Positions 10,426 to 20,493 of a stretch of DNA of 64,000 bases are shown here, piece after piece. Positions within the stretch are counted from its first letter, which is position 1. The number at the start of each line of letters is the position of its first letter. The position numbers were made by a program, and so were the translations under genes. This DNA is from an uncultured bacterium (GTDB taxonomy: Bacteria > Chlamydiota > Chlamydiia > Chlamydiales > SM23-39), in assembly GCA_963716985.1 (NCBI GenBank), contig OY970323.1, forward strand, positions 832,001-896,000. The letters run 5' to 3'. The notes beneath the pieces are model-generated. The model was not told where the DNA came from and made no database searches. It saw only the letters and a list, made by a program, of their open reading frames with translations.

Positions 10426-11196
10426 TCATTCGTCCTTTTGGTGCTGGAAAAATTCAGCGGCAAATATACCCATCGCCTTATAAAGAAGATCAGGTAATTG
10501 AGGATGATATGCTGAGTAAAGTTCTCTTTGCTCTAGAACCAGATTCCGAAGTTTAAAAAAGATTTCTCGCGTTACGGGATGGAATTCAGTCAAAAGCTCA
10601 TAGTACTGTTTGACCATTTCCTGAGCTTCGTTTGATTCGGGATCCAATCCACGTTCGACTGCTTTAACGACAATCTTCATCAGCTTATTGGACCGGTCTT
10701 GCAATTCATCTACCTGCTCCTCAGAAAGAGCATCAATTTTTTCTTTCGCTTTTTCTACCAGCTCTTTTCCAAATTCCTTAATTTGAATGTCTTCTATTTC
10801 TTTTTCCACATTTAGCCATTGAGAGAATTTTTCCAGGCGTTCCTTATGACTCCAGGAGCAATTCTTGTATTGAGGAAGAATCGTGTCGATGGTAGTGGTG
10901 TATCGCTGCAGTTTTTTAATTTCTTTGGCCAGTTCCTGTCTTCTCGCTATCAAAGCAGCTGCTACTGCCTGATGACAATCTTTGGAACGAAAAATCTCCT
11001 TGACCTTCCGCAAACCAATTCCAATCTTTTTAAAAAAAACAATTTCAAAAAGACGCATGGCCTGCTCATCGCTGTATACGCGTTTACCGTTGGACATGCG
11101 GATCGATGGCTTGAGGAGGCCGATTTGATCATAGTGGCGCAATGTGCGAACAGTAACTCGCGCTTTTTTGGCTAAGGAGGTAATGCTGTATTCCAT
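10426..11196 (-). CDS. MerR family regulator with TipAS-like antibiotic-recognition domain
   Basis: VTVRTLRHYDQIGLL HTH; C-terminal DPESNEAQEMV...AMGIF. Confidence 0.85.
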   Translation of the reverse strand: MEYSITSLAKKARVTVRTLRHYDQIGLLKPSIRMSNGKRVYSDEQAMRLFEIVFFKKIGIGLRKVKEIFRSKDCHQAVAAALIARRQELAKEIKKLQRYTTTIDTILPQYKNCSWSHKERLEKFSQWLNVEKEIEDIQIKEFGKELVEKAKEKIDALSEEQVDELQDRSNKLMKIVVKAVERGLDPESNEAQEMVKQYYELLTEFHPVTREIFFKLRNLVLEQRELYSAYHPQLPDLLYKAMGIFAAEFFQHQKDE

Positions 11197-11246
11197 ACAA
11201 TTTCTGCCTTAAGAGAATACCAGAATACAGCATTACGTAACGTCAA
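11180..11246 (-). promoter_or_regulatory. Putative merR promoter/operator
   Basis: TTGACG (-35-like) followed by the TTACGTAA dyad and TATTCT hexamers; 14-bp perfect inverted repeat 11180-11193/11223-11236. Confidence 0.45.
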
Positions 11247-11311
11247 CTACAACAGGAATTTATTCTGAGTTAACCACCTGCGTAAACTCAAAAATTAAGT
11301 TTATAGTCAAT

Positions 11312-12184
11312 TCAATCACAGCAAATATTTTGATCACTCACCCACTGGCGATTTTGAATCAGCAAATCGATTTGCTTGAGCACTTTCCTTGTGTTCCATT
11401 GGCCAGGAAGATTGCGCGCGCCTGTATAATGAAATAGCAGACAAGGGATCTGACGAGCTTTGCACGTATCTTGAACAGAACGAAGGGCGCCTTCACTATC
11501 ATCAAAAAAAACAATACTGCCGGGATGCAGTTGCAGAGTGTCGAGAAAGGCAGCCAAAACTGCCCCTTTTGGCTGCTGGTTAGCGCAAAGAATGCCTCTA
11601 TATAATCCAGGATAATTTTGGCGATACGATGACAGCGAATCAAACATTTGGTCCGAAAAATCATGGCTAAACGCAATTCCCATCTTCTCTAGCATTTGGA
11701 AGCGCCAGTCGGGCATATCGGAAATCACACCAAAAGCGCCCGTTTCCATGCTGGTGAGGGCGAAAACAAAATGTCCGCTATCTTTTAACTTTTGGACCAT
11801 CGCCGGCACTGTAGGCTCAATCAAAATGCGCGGCGCCTGGCTCAACATCAAACTGTAAATATCTTCCCATGTTTTCGTGTCGCACAGCTGAGGATGGGCG
11901 ATCCACAGCCGTAAACGAAACCACCACGGAAAATAATTGCCACGAGCAAAAACATCCGGTGAAGAGATAAGCGTGTCATCTACATCGAATAAAATAAGCG
12001 CGTTTGAAGGAATGCTTGGGATCCCTTCTTCGATAGAAGAGATCTCTTGTATGGGACAGGCGTCTTTTACTACATTACAATATGCAGGTTCGATAAATAA
12101 GACGTTGAGGCAGAGGAATAATGCAGTCCAGTTTCTGCGCATCGATGTTTTCTTATTTTGTTTTAAAGTGTTCGAAATGTTCAT
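11312..12184 (-). CDS. DUF2608-like HAD-fold secreted protein (start may be ~12142)
   Basis: LFDVDDTLI, ALTS, KG, FFDD motifs; signal peptide after MRRNW. Confidence 0.75.
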   Translation of the reverse strand: MNISNTLKQNKKTSMRRNWTALFLCLNVLFIEPAYCNVVKDACPIQEISSIEEGIPSIPSNALILFDVDDTLISSPDVFARGNYFPWWFRLRLWIAHPQLCDTKTWEDIYSLMLSQAPRILIEPTVPAMVQKLKDSGHFVFALTSMETGAFGVISDMPDWRFQMLEKMGIAFSHDFSDQMFDSLSSYRQNYPGLYRGILCANQQPKGAVLAAFLDTLQLHPGSIVFFDDSEGALRSVQDTCKARQIPCLLFHYTGARNLPGQWNTRKVLKQIDLLIQNRQWVSDQNICCD

Positions 12185-12824
12185 TATGCATTTCTATATG
12201 AATATTCTGAGGTATGAGTGCCTTTTCAAGCTCTTTTTGCGTTTGTTCGCTGATTTTTAAGTTTTGTGCGATTTCCTTCCCTGCCTGTTGAAGTAACTGC
12301 TTGTATTTTATAATGATAGATTCAAATTTTACATCTTGTAAAAGCGGGCCTCCATCTCGATATATTTCAGCAATCAAATCCGTCCGTATATGGCTAGCCA
12401 TTCGGCGAAATAGTAATTTCAACGCATCAAATTGCACTTGGCCTGGATAACCGCAATTGGCGATAACCATGATTTTTGGTGGCATCTGACCAGGAATTCG
12501 ATGCGATATACTGCGATCTATAAAATTTTTTAAAAGCCCAGAGACATTATCTGCGTACAGGGGAGTCGCATAGATGATGAGATCACAATTCATGAAATTG
12601 ATTTTTTGCATGTCATCGCGAAAGACACACGCACCTGGTGTTTGAGTCCAACAAGTCAAGCATCCCACGCAGTGATGGATATTCATTTGCGAAAGCAAAA
12701 TATGTTCGGTTATGGCGCCTTGATTTTGAGCTCCTTTGAAAAATTCTTCGACCATCAGGTAAGTCGTGCTGCTTTTCCCTCGCGGACTGCCATTGATTGC
12801 AATGATTTTCATTTTTGCTCCCAT
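12153..12824 (-). CDS. Flavodoxin family / iron-sulfur flavoprotein (NADPH-dependent FMN reductase-like)
   Basis: INGSPRG, CVGCLTCW...C, ATPLY. Confidence 0.88.
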   Translation of the reverse strand: MGAKMKIIAINGSPRGKSSTTYLMVEEFFKGAQNQGAITEHILLSQMNIHHCVGCLTCWTQTPGACVFRDDMQKINFMNCDLIIYATPLYADNVSGLLKNFIDRSISHRIPGQMPPKIMVIANCGYPGQVQFDALKLLFRRMASHIRTDLIAEIYRDGGPLLQDVKFESIIIKYKQLLQQAGKEIAQNLKISEQTQKELEKALIPQNIHIEMHNEHFEHFKTK

Positions 12825-14188
12825 CTTTTTTGACGACCCATTTCATCTTTGTGATGTTGTTCTTTGAGAGATTTTTCAAAAAACGAGATGGTTTTTTTCC
12901 AAGAATCTTGGCACGCATATCGATTTTCTGCCAGAGAACCCCCAAGTGCACACCAGATTTTCGCAACATGATGATAAAAGGTGGCGCTAGACTGCGGTAG
13001 GTAAGGAATGGTGATTCCATGACCTGCTTTGGGATAGTACAAATGTTCCCAAAAAATGGTGGAGTGATATTTTCGAAGGCGCTCTTCGATTTGGGAAGCA
13101 TAAAGCGCGGATGGCCACATTTGGTCGTCTCCGCCAGAAATGATCAAAAGAGACGCGCGAATTTTTTCGACAGGAATAGCGGCGGCATTAAAGGATTCTT
13201 TGTCTTTCATTCCTTCGAGAAATCCCGGCGTCTCATTGAATGGATGATCCGAATCATTGCCGATACCATCTAATGAAAGAGGAAGAGCTTCGTGAGCCGG
13301 GGGAGCGAGTGGCATTCCATGATAAACCCACGCATGGGAGTGAGCCGAGCCTCCCGGTGCTCCGTAAATAACGCTGCTAGGGACTGCTGCAACAATTGCC
13401 TGCACTGATTCAGGAAACCATGCGCCTAAAATCAAAGCCAATTCGCCGCCTCTCGATCCTCCGTAAATACCAACATGCGAGCTATCGAGATCAGGCTGAG
13501 ACTTCAACCATTGAAATGCCGTTTCAAAATATTCTAAAGGGATGTCTTGAAGAATCGGAGGAAGGCCCTCTACACCAAAATAACCAAGAGCTAATACTGC
13601 AAAACCATGTGCTGCCAAGAGTTGTGATTTACTTTCTCCAATACCGCCAGTCGATCCACTTAAAGTAATAATAACGGGAAGGGGTTTTTCAGAGGGTGGC
13701 AAAAATAAAATTCCAACCAATCCATTTTCTCGTACTGGAATCCTCTTTATTTCTGGAGACGTGCACAGACGAACGATCTTTTTGGATGCAATTTCTTGCT
13801 TGCTGCGCAAAACTTTCAACTCTATGGAAAACTGTTCTTTTTTTGTTGTGAAAGACGCCGTTGGATTTGATTCAGATTGCATGGACCAAAGCAATCCCAT
13901 GGGATCAATTCCGGAATAGGTCCCTTCAAGAGGTGATTGAACAGAAAGATTGACGATACCGTTTTTGTCAGACTGAAAGGAAGCTCTAGAACCCCAGTGG
14001 ATCTGTTGGTCATCGACGGCTTCGGCTTGAATCGAAACGATCTCGTCGGGAGCTAAATTTTTCACTACAACAGTCGTATCTTGATCGAAAAGAGACACTT
14101 CGGGAGAGATTTCGATAGATGCGGAGTGAATTGGGGAAATAGGCTGAACGGCTAACAATACGCATGTCGCCAACATCGAAAAAAGCAT
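12809..14188 (-). CDS. Acyl-CoA thioesterase/BAAT family hydrolase
   Basis: GIDPMGLLWSM, GGSRGGEL, GGDDQMW, YPKAGH. Confidence 0.88.
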   Translation of the reverse strand: MLFSMLATCVLLAVQPISPIHSASIEISPEVSLFDQDTTVVVKNLAPDEIVSIQAEAVDDQQIHWGSRASFQSDKNGIVNLSVQSPLEGTYSGIDPMGLLWSMQSESNPTASFTTKKEQFSIELKVLRSKQEIASKKIVRLCTSPEIKRIPVRENGLVGILFLPPSEKPLPVIITLSGSTGGIGESKSQLLAAHGFAVLALGYFGVEGLPPILQDIPLEYFETAFQWLKSQPDLDSSHVGIYGGSRGGELALILGAWFPESVQAIVAAVPSSVIYGAPGGSAHSHAWVYHGMPLAPPAHEALPLSLDGIGNDSDHPFNETPGFLEGMKDKESFNAAAIPVEKIRASLLIISGGDDQMWPSALYASQIEERLRKYHSTIFWEHLYYPKAGHGITIPYLPQSSATFYHHVAKIWCALGGSLAENRYACQDSWKKTISFFEKSLKEQHHKDEMGRQKRWEQK

Positions 14189-14415
14189 AAAAATTAACCT
14201 CTATTGATACCTATAAATTGGTCTAAAACAATGACTTTGACAATTCGAAAGCCATTATAACATTGACAGACAGTTCCAGAAAGAAAAAGGTGCCAAAGCA
14301 GATTGAAAAAGACAAAAATGGATGGTTTTGGGGGACTTTTTGTGAGAAAATTGGATCGTTTTGTATTCTCTGTATACGACAAAAAATAAATGAAAATTAT
14401 GCTATAAGATGAGAT

Positions 14416-14904
14416 ATGAAAAAAGACCATCTTTTTAAAATTAGAGCGGCCATTCCTGCCGATGTTCCTGCGATTTTGCAGATGATCACGGAACTTGCAG
14501 ATTTTGAGAAAATTCCAGTATCAGCCACGGAAAAAAACCTTCAAGAAGCGCTTTTTCAGGATCCCAAAGGCCCAGAAGCTTTGGTTGCTGAAGAAGATCA
14601 TATCCTCATAGGATACCTCATTTTTTACCAAACTTTCTCCGGAAGTTCAGGCAAAAGAGGGGTTTACATCGAAGATGTTTATATCAAAGAGCCTTATCGA
14701 AAAAAAGGATATGGAACGCTTTTTTTTAAAGAAGTCGCAAAAATAGCCAAAGCCAGAAAATGCGGCAGGTTATTCTGGTCGGTATTCAATTGGAATGAAA
14801 ATGCCATTAAATTTTATCAAAAAATAGGCGGCATTCCTGGGAACGATTGGATCGTTTATTGCCTAACGGAGAAAGCTTTGGATGCTTTTCTTGAGAAAAA
14901 ATGA
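14416..14904 (+). CDS. GNAT acetyltransferase (diamine/SSAT-like)
   Basis: ELADFEK, YIEDVYI, RKKGYG, WNENAIKFY. Confidence 0.88.
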   Translation: MKKDHLFKIRAAIPADVPAILQMITELADFEKIPVSATEKNLQEALFQDPKGPEALVAEEDHILIGYLIFYQTFSGSSGKRGVYIEDVYIKEPYRKKGYGTLFFKEVAKIAKARKCGRLFWSVFNWNENAIKFYQKIGGIPGNDWIVYCLTEKALDAFLEKK

Positions 14905-15089
14905 GCTTTTTAGAGATCAAAATTTTTTGCCGTGCAGAGCCACGTATGATGAAGAGACGCGACAAAACATTAGCATGCAGGTAACTGATCGATTCTTTCT
15001 AATTTTTTATCCCCGAATGCTCGATAAAACCTCTCGTTCTATTCTTTTATCTGGTAAAGTAAAAGAAATTTTTAATTGAGGAGCGCCCC

Positions 15090-15299
15090 ATGCCTCTGAT
15101 GCAAGGCAGCAGCCAAGAAAGCATTCATTCCAACATCAAAAAGCTGATAGGGGAAGGCCATAAGCGCAAGCAAGCCGTCGCGATCGCTTATAGCGTTGCA
15201 GAAAAATCGAAACACAAAACAGATCAAGAGCAGGGGAAGGCTTATCGTTATAAAAATGCATCCCAGCCTCGAGAAACTCAGGACTTTCCTTATCTTTGA
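15090..15299 (+). CDS. Small phage-like protein
   Basis: MPL..GSSQ..I..NI..L..EG...KQAVAIAYS pattern common in tailed-phage genomes; RBS GAGGAG. Confidence 0.6.
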   Translation: MPLMQGSSQESIHSNIKKLIGEGHKRKQAVAIAYSVAEKSKHKTDQEQGKAYRYKNASQPRETQDFPYL

Positions 15300-15302
15300 G
15301 CC

Positions 15303-15545
15303 TTATTTGCGCTTTTCTTCCGGATATATCTCTGGAACATAATGAGCAAATTCTCTGGCCCCTCTATCACAGATGAAAACGGAAGTCACGGCTGACGAAC
15401 TGCCTGTTTCCATTTTATCGTTCTCGTAGCAAGCCCCTTTCCACGCTTCATCTATTGCAATCGCTTCGGTCGGAGCTTCAACCTCGACCATAAAATATTG
15501 CGTGAAGGATAAACCAACACGCCATTTCGGAAATTTTTTATTCAC
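15303..15545 (-). CDS. Hypothetical protein (phage remnant context)
   Basis: 80-aa ORF with RBS GAGGA. Confidence 0.45.
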   Translation of the reverse strand: MNKKFPKWRVGLSFTQYFMVEVEAPTEAIAIDEAWKGACYENDKMETGSSSAVTSVFICDRGAREFAHYVPEIYPEEKRK

Positions 15546-15556
15546 GATCTTGTCCT

Positions 15557-15950
15557 CTAATTGACATCAAGGTTTCCTTGGGAGATCCCTGTGCAAGTCC
15601 AATCGGTATTGGCCGCTGTACACAGCAACTGAACGGCATCATACCGTTGCGTGGAGTCTAAATGGCCTCCCGCCCCTGTGGTCGTATCTTGATTGCCAAA
15701 ATGGATCGTTTGTCCTGCGTTTTGAGCAATTCTCCAACCGCCCATTCCTTTTCCGACAATCCAAACCAGGTCGCCGACAGAAGATGAAGAGGGGAGGGTA
15801 GCGATAACCTGGGAAGCATTGTTTGCAATATATCCACTATTCACGGCCATGGATTGTGTTGTGCCGGTAATCTCGGAAAAGGGGAAGACAAACGCCTGCG
15901 GAGCCCATTTAATTCCTGCTGGCGTTGTAGAATCAGTGGTGATGATATAG
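15557..15950 (-). pseudogene. 5'-truncated phage tail/structural protein fragment
   Basis: Frame is open upstream of 15850 (IITTDSTTPAGIKWA...SMAVNSGYIANN...TLP...VGD...GGWRIAQNAGQTIHFG) with no proper start. Confidence 0.55.
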
Positions 15951-16061
15951 TAAGGCGAGTGCTTCAGGCGGCCTGAGCTAAACCGCTAAAAGTTGCAAAG
16001 TCGAGTTAAATAACAAGAATTTCATTTCCTGTGATCTCGGTAGCTATTGAGAAAAATAAAA

Positions 16062-17225
16062 TTACCAGATCTTTTCCAGCGGTTGACAGGGATGTAGTTT
16101 CTTTAAAAACTCTTCGACAGGAAGACAGAGGATATTGTCCTTTTTAAGAGCTTCTTTGCCTCGGTATAAGAGCAAGGGAAAAGCATTGGGGTAATCTGCT
16201 TGGAAGGCTTTTAATCCTGAAAAATCCTGAGGGTTGAGATTTTTCGCATTTTTAACTTCAATGGCATAAAAGTTTTTTTCTCCATAAACGATAAAATCTA
16301 CCTCTGATCCAGAGCGTGTGCGCCAGAAATAGAGTGAACTTTGGTCGCTTTGATAGGAGATCCAACTTTTCAAATGTTCAGCAACTAAACCCTCAAGAGC
16401 CGCTCCTTCGATTTCTAGGGAGGTGTCTAAAAAGCCCTGTTTTTTCAAACTGCGAAAGACACCCGGATCAAAGAAATAAAATTTGGGATGAGAGGAAAGC
16501 TCTCGTTTTGCTTTTTTCTCAAAAACCGAAAGAGTATAGCCTAGTAAAAGATCGCAAAGAATTTGAAAGTAATTTTCCACGGTTTTACGGGGGACCTCAC
16601 ATTCTCGAGAAATATTGGAAAAATTGATCAAAGAGGCATGGGAAAAAGCCATCGCTTCTAAGAAACGAGAAAAATGGCCAATTTGACGGACGAGGGCCTC
16701 TGCTTTGACCTCTTCTTGTAGATACAAGTCGACGTAGGCTTGCAATTTTTGTTCTTTATTTTCTGCGGTCCAGATCAAGGGGATCAGGCCTGTTTTCAGC
16801 GCTTGGTCTAATTGAAACTGATCTTTTAATTCACAGGCTAAAAAGGGATGAAAATTTTTCCAAAGCGCTCTTCCTCCTAAAAGATTTACGCCGCCTCTTC
16901 TCAATTTTCGAGCCGAAGAGCCGGTGAGCACAAATTGCCTCTCTTTTTTCTCTTCGATGAGCAAATGTACGATATCGAGCAGCTTGGGCACTTTTTGGAT
17001 TTCATCAATAATGACCCACTTTTTATTTTCATTGATGTCCAATTGCTCTTTGAGGAGCTCTGGTCTGGCAGCAAAACGTCTCTCTTCACTTGCGTTTAAC
17101 AGATCGATCCACAGAGTTTCTTGTAAATAGGTGTTTTTGAGCCACGTGGTTTTGCCAGTACCTCGAGGGCCAAACAGAAAATAGCTTTCATTTTTAGGAG
17201 GTTGAAAAATCCGCTCAATAAACAT
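16062..17225 (-). CDS. AAA_14 ATPase + DUF4143 (wHTH, PD-(D/E)xK-like C-terminus)
   Basis: GPRGTGKT, IIDEIQK, LTGSS, PKFYFFDPG, EVDF...IEVK. Confidence 0.92.
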   Translation of the reverse strand: MFIERIFQPPKNESYFLFGPRGTGKTTWLKNTYLQETLWIDLLNASEERRFAARPELLKEQLDINENKKWVIIDEIQKVPKLLDIVHLLIEEKKERQFVLTGSSARKLRRGGVNLLGGRALWKNFHPFLACELKDQFQLDQALKTGLIPLIWTAENKEQKLQAYVDLYLQEEVKAEALVRQIGHFSRFLEAMAFSHASLINFSNISRECEVPRKTVENYFQILCDLLLGYTLSVFEKKAKRELSSHPKFYFFDPGVFRSLKKQGFLDTSLEIEGAALEGLVAEHLKSWISYQSDQSSLYFWRTRSGSEVDFIVYGEKNFYAIEVKNAKNLNPQDFSGLKAFQADYPNAFPLLLYRGKEALKKDNILCLPVEEFLKKLHPCQPLEKIW

Positions 17226-17544
17226 ATTTATACCTATGTTGCCATTTTGAGTCTCATTTTGGCATGATTAGGATAATTTTGCAACATAACGCCTTAAGCT
17301 ATTTAATACAAAAGGCTTATCATTAGAATTTTAACAATTTCGTGTTTCCTTGTCAATGCTTTGGAGAGCCTTCCATGCCAATTTCATGGAAAAGAACCAT
17401 CGCACAATACGTAGCCAAGCTCCATCGCCTATATGCACAAAAACAAGAAGCACAGGTTTAATGATTATGCAGGCCTTGGCCTCCCCCTATGCTGGAAAGG
17501 ATGTTTAATCGGCAATGCCAAAGATATGAAGCAGTGGGATAAAA

Positions 17545-17753
17545 AGTGCACGATCACGTTCTTTGCCCGAAGGAGAGACAATGGAGGCCAACGAAATCAA
17601 TGTCTCGACAGCACGGTTTTCTGAAGCATCTATCCATTCCAGACTTGATTTTACCTTCTCATTTCTTAGCACTTCGAACAACTCCTGATGTTCCGAGCAA
17701 AGTTGTACAGCTAATAGTTCTCCCCATACAAATAGAGAAAAAAAACGAACCAT
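17545..17753 (-). pseudogene. N-terminal fragment of M20-like peptidase
   Basis: LISLASIVSPSGKERDRA resembles the M20 N-terminus; sequence then diverges and stops. Confidence 0.4.
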
Positions 17754-18671
17754 CTAGTGCTCCTCAATCCCATCATGTTTCTCTCGTTCATAGTTAATGA
17801 CAATCTCCGCCAGACGGTGTTCCATATCGCGGGCAAATGCTGAGATATCGTTATCGGTGTTCATTTGAAAAGCAATAGCAACGCCATATTTCGGATAATA
17901 ACGCATGCTTGAGCTATATCCTGGAATAACGCCACCATGTCCCCACCTTTGGCTCAAAGAATCCTCTTGCTCTATGAGAACGCCCGCGCCATACCGAACT
18001 TTGGACTCATCATTGCTTGTAGGCACAGACTGAAACAGATCGGTCAAATAATCAGATTGCATGGCATGACCTTCATAAAGGAGCTTCGCCCATATAGCAA
18101 GATCATGTGAGGTACTGACCAGGCCTCCTCCGGTCCATTCTACAACGGGGTTCCAGACTAATATCCCCGACTCATCAACGGTTTTTCCGGGCAAGCCAAA
18201 TACATTGTTTTGCGCAGCATAGCCTGCTACCAAACCCGGAAGTACCATTCGATCCGAGGGATTTGTCATGTCCAGCTTGAGCGGCTTCAGAAACCGCCGC
18301 TCCAGTTCTTCGTAGTAGCTGCTGCCCGTGACTGCCTCAATAACAAGTCCTAAAAGAATGTACCCCGTGTCGGTGTATGCCCAACCCTTACCCGCTTCAA
18401 ATAAGGGGGCCTGATCTAAAATGCATTCGATCAGCAATTCAGGCGAAAAAAAACGATCGACGAAAAACCCTCTGCGTAAAAGCAATTGCAGAAAGCTCGT
18501 TGTGTAGACATGGTCGGGCAATCCTGAACTATGTGTCAGTAGGTGTCGAAGCGTGATTGTTTCATGATTTGGCAAACGGGAATACCAACTGCGGCCACTC
18601 AGCCAGTCTGAAAGTGGGTCATCCAGGTTCAGATGGCCTTCCTTGGCCAGAGCCACAACAGTCGCGGCAAC
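17754..18671 (-). pseudogene. Serine hydrolase (D-Ala-D-Ala carboxypeptidase-like), 5'-truncated by IS21
   Basis: LLTHSSG, YTD, GHGG present; SxxK absent because the frame (VAATVVALAK) is cut at the IS end at 18672. Confidence 0.8.
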
Positions 18672-18826
18672 TGGAAACGATCACGAAAGTGGACCCACCT
18701 TCGATCACATGAGTGATACCACTTGGAGATTCCATTTTTGGATCCCCCCCCCTCGATCACTTGAGTGATACCATTTGGAGATTTCATTTTCCGATCCCCG
18801 CCTTCGATCATGAAGGTGAGACCACC
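18672..18826. repeat. IS21 terminal multiple repeats (transposase-binding boxes)
   Basis: Four related boxes: cgatcacgaaagtggacccacc, cgatcacatgagtgataccact, cgatcacttgagtgataccatt, cgatcatgaaggtgagaccacc. Confidence 0.8.
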
Positions 18827-18873
18827 ATAAAATTGACAATGCTCTTAATTTATACCTAATTTTGGGTTATTTC

Positions 18874-19650
18874 TTAATCTATTTTCGCCACCTTTTTGGG
18901 TTTCACATAAGATCTTTTTTTGAACTCTTCTAAACGATAACTTTTCCCCTCAATCACGACCTGTATACCTTTGTGTACTAAACGGTCTAAAGATGCCATG
19001 GCTAGAATAGGATTTGGAAAACAGCTTCCCCATTCATTGAAGTCTCGATTACTTGTGATAATCAAAGAACTTTTTTCATATTTCTCGGAGATGATTTTGT
19101 AAAGCTCACTTTGCTCCGTTTCATTGAAGGATTCTAAGCAAAAATCATCTAAAATGATAAGGGGTGTCTTGATGATGTTTCCCATTCTTTTTTGATAACT
19201 GCCATCCCCCTTTCCATATTGAAGCCAATCAAAAAGTTGTCTCATTCCAAAAAAAATCACTTCAAAACCACGTCGACAGGCTTCGTGTCCAAGTGACTGA
19301 GCTAAATGGCTTTTCCCAACACCACTAGGACCTAAAATAAAGATGTTCTGCTTTTGCAAAACAAAGTCACATCCTCCTAACTCTTTTAAAAAAGCAGCCT
19401 GGATTTTTTCATTAAAGCTAAAGTCAAATGTTTCCAGTGTCTTGCTTGGATCTAGGTGACTCTTGGCCAAGCGTTTAATTAATTGGTTATTTAGCCTGTT
19501 ATCTACCTCATCAGTTATCAACATGTCTAAAAATCCATAGTAGGACCATTTCTGAGATCCTGCTTGCCTTAATTTTTCCTCAAGTGCCACTGCGACTCCT
19601 GATAATTTTAATTTCTTGAGTTTCTGTTGTATAAGTTGTAGATCTTCCAT
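18874..19650 (-). CDS. istB: IS21 helper ATPase IstB
   Basis: KTLETFDFSF, GPSGVGKSHLA, LDD, ITSN, LDRLVH, GKSYR. Confidence 0.95.
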   Translation of the reverse strand: MEDLQLIQQKLKKLKLSGVAVALEEKLRQAGSQKWSYYGFLDMLITDEVDNRLNNQLIKRLAKSHLDPSKTLETFDFSFNEKIQAAFLKELGGCDFVLQKQNIFILGPSGVGKSHLAQSLGHEACRRGFEVIFFGMRQLFDWLQYGKGDGSYQKRMGNIIKTPLIILDDFCLESFNETEQSELYKIISEKYEKSSLIITSNRDFNEWGSCFPNPILAMASLDRLVHKGIQVVIEGKSYRLEEFKKRSYVKPKKVAKID

Positions 19651-19742
19651 AAATCTCCTTGGGTTTTACGGCAGCTCTTGCTTTATCCTTCCTCATCCTG
19701 TAAGGTAAAAAAAGGGAAAAAAAAGAAGCCGGCCGTGTTTTT

Positions 19743-20493
19743 TTAATCGCGGCCAGCTTTTTCTATTTCTTGACAAAGCTGATCCATCTGTATCATTTGC
19801 GAACATGTTTTTGCTATCCCATTTCCATGAGATGAAAATGGATGTTTTTTCTTTAAAATTTCTTCAAAAGTATTTTTCTCGAGATTATTCCCATATTCGT
19901 TAAAGCCTCTGAAGAAACGATAGTTTTTTATTTCTAAAATCTTTCCCTTTTCTTCCATGATTTTGTCTTCTAAATTCTCTCTCAAAATGCGAGAAATGCT
20001 GACATAAGAAAAAGTCTTGTAATAGCAGGCTCGCTGACATGCTTTTTCCAAGCGATCTTCCGAGTATTTCAAGCTCAACCTCAAAATATAACGAATGGGT
20101 TTCAACTTATTGATCTTTTTGTCTTCCAAAAGTGTTTGCACAACTTTTTTTGTAAAAGGTCCTATTTCTTCTGCCATGCAAAGCAATCCTTGTCGAGAAC
20201 ATTGCAAAACAGTTTCCTTATCCGGAGGGGCATGCTCTTTCTTGCGAACATACTCCCACTTCTTCGAGGCTTTTTGGTGAAGAGCTATTTCTTGATGTGA
20301 GTAAAATATTTTCACAAAAGATTCAGTAGCGCAAACAAGGACTTTTTTTCCTATATATTCATAGGGAACAGAATAGTAAGCACTTTGGAAGTTAATCCTC
20401 CATTCTTTGTGAACAGTGCATTCTGCCCATGTTGTTTGCTCCCATCTTAAAAGAGGTAATGGCTTTAGAAGTTTTTGTTCCTCCTGAAAGATT
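19743..20493 (-). pseudogene. istA: IstA transposase C-terminal fragment
   Basis: FQEEQKLLKPLP...AYYSVPYEYIGKKV...EIALH...RLEKACQRA; DDE core missing. Confidence 0.8.

Larger units (their letters stand above)
18672..20493 (-). mobile_element. IS21-family element, partial (istB-proximal end, istB, 3' istA)
   Basis: TG-start terminus at 18672 with repeated CGATCA..A.TG..ACCA boxes; istB and istA homologues; AT-rich. Confidence 0.85.

Noticed and set aside
18672..18826. Short spaced repeats resembling a mini-CRISPR
   Set aside because: Intervening sequences are similar to each other, no cas genes are present, and the position matches IS21 terminal repeats
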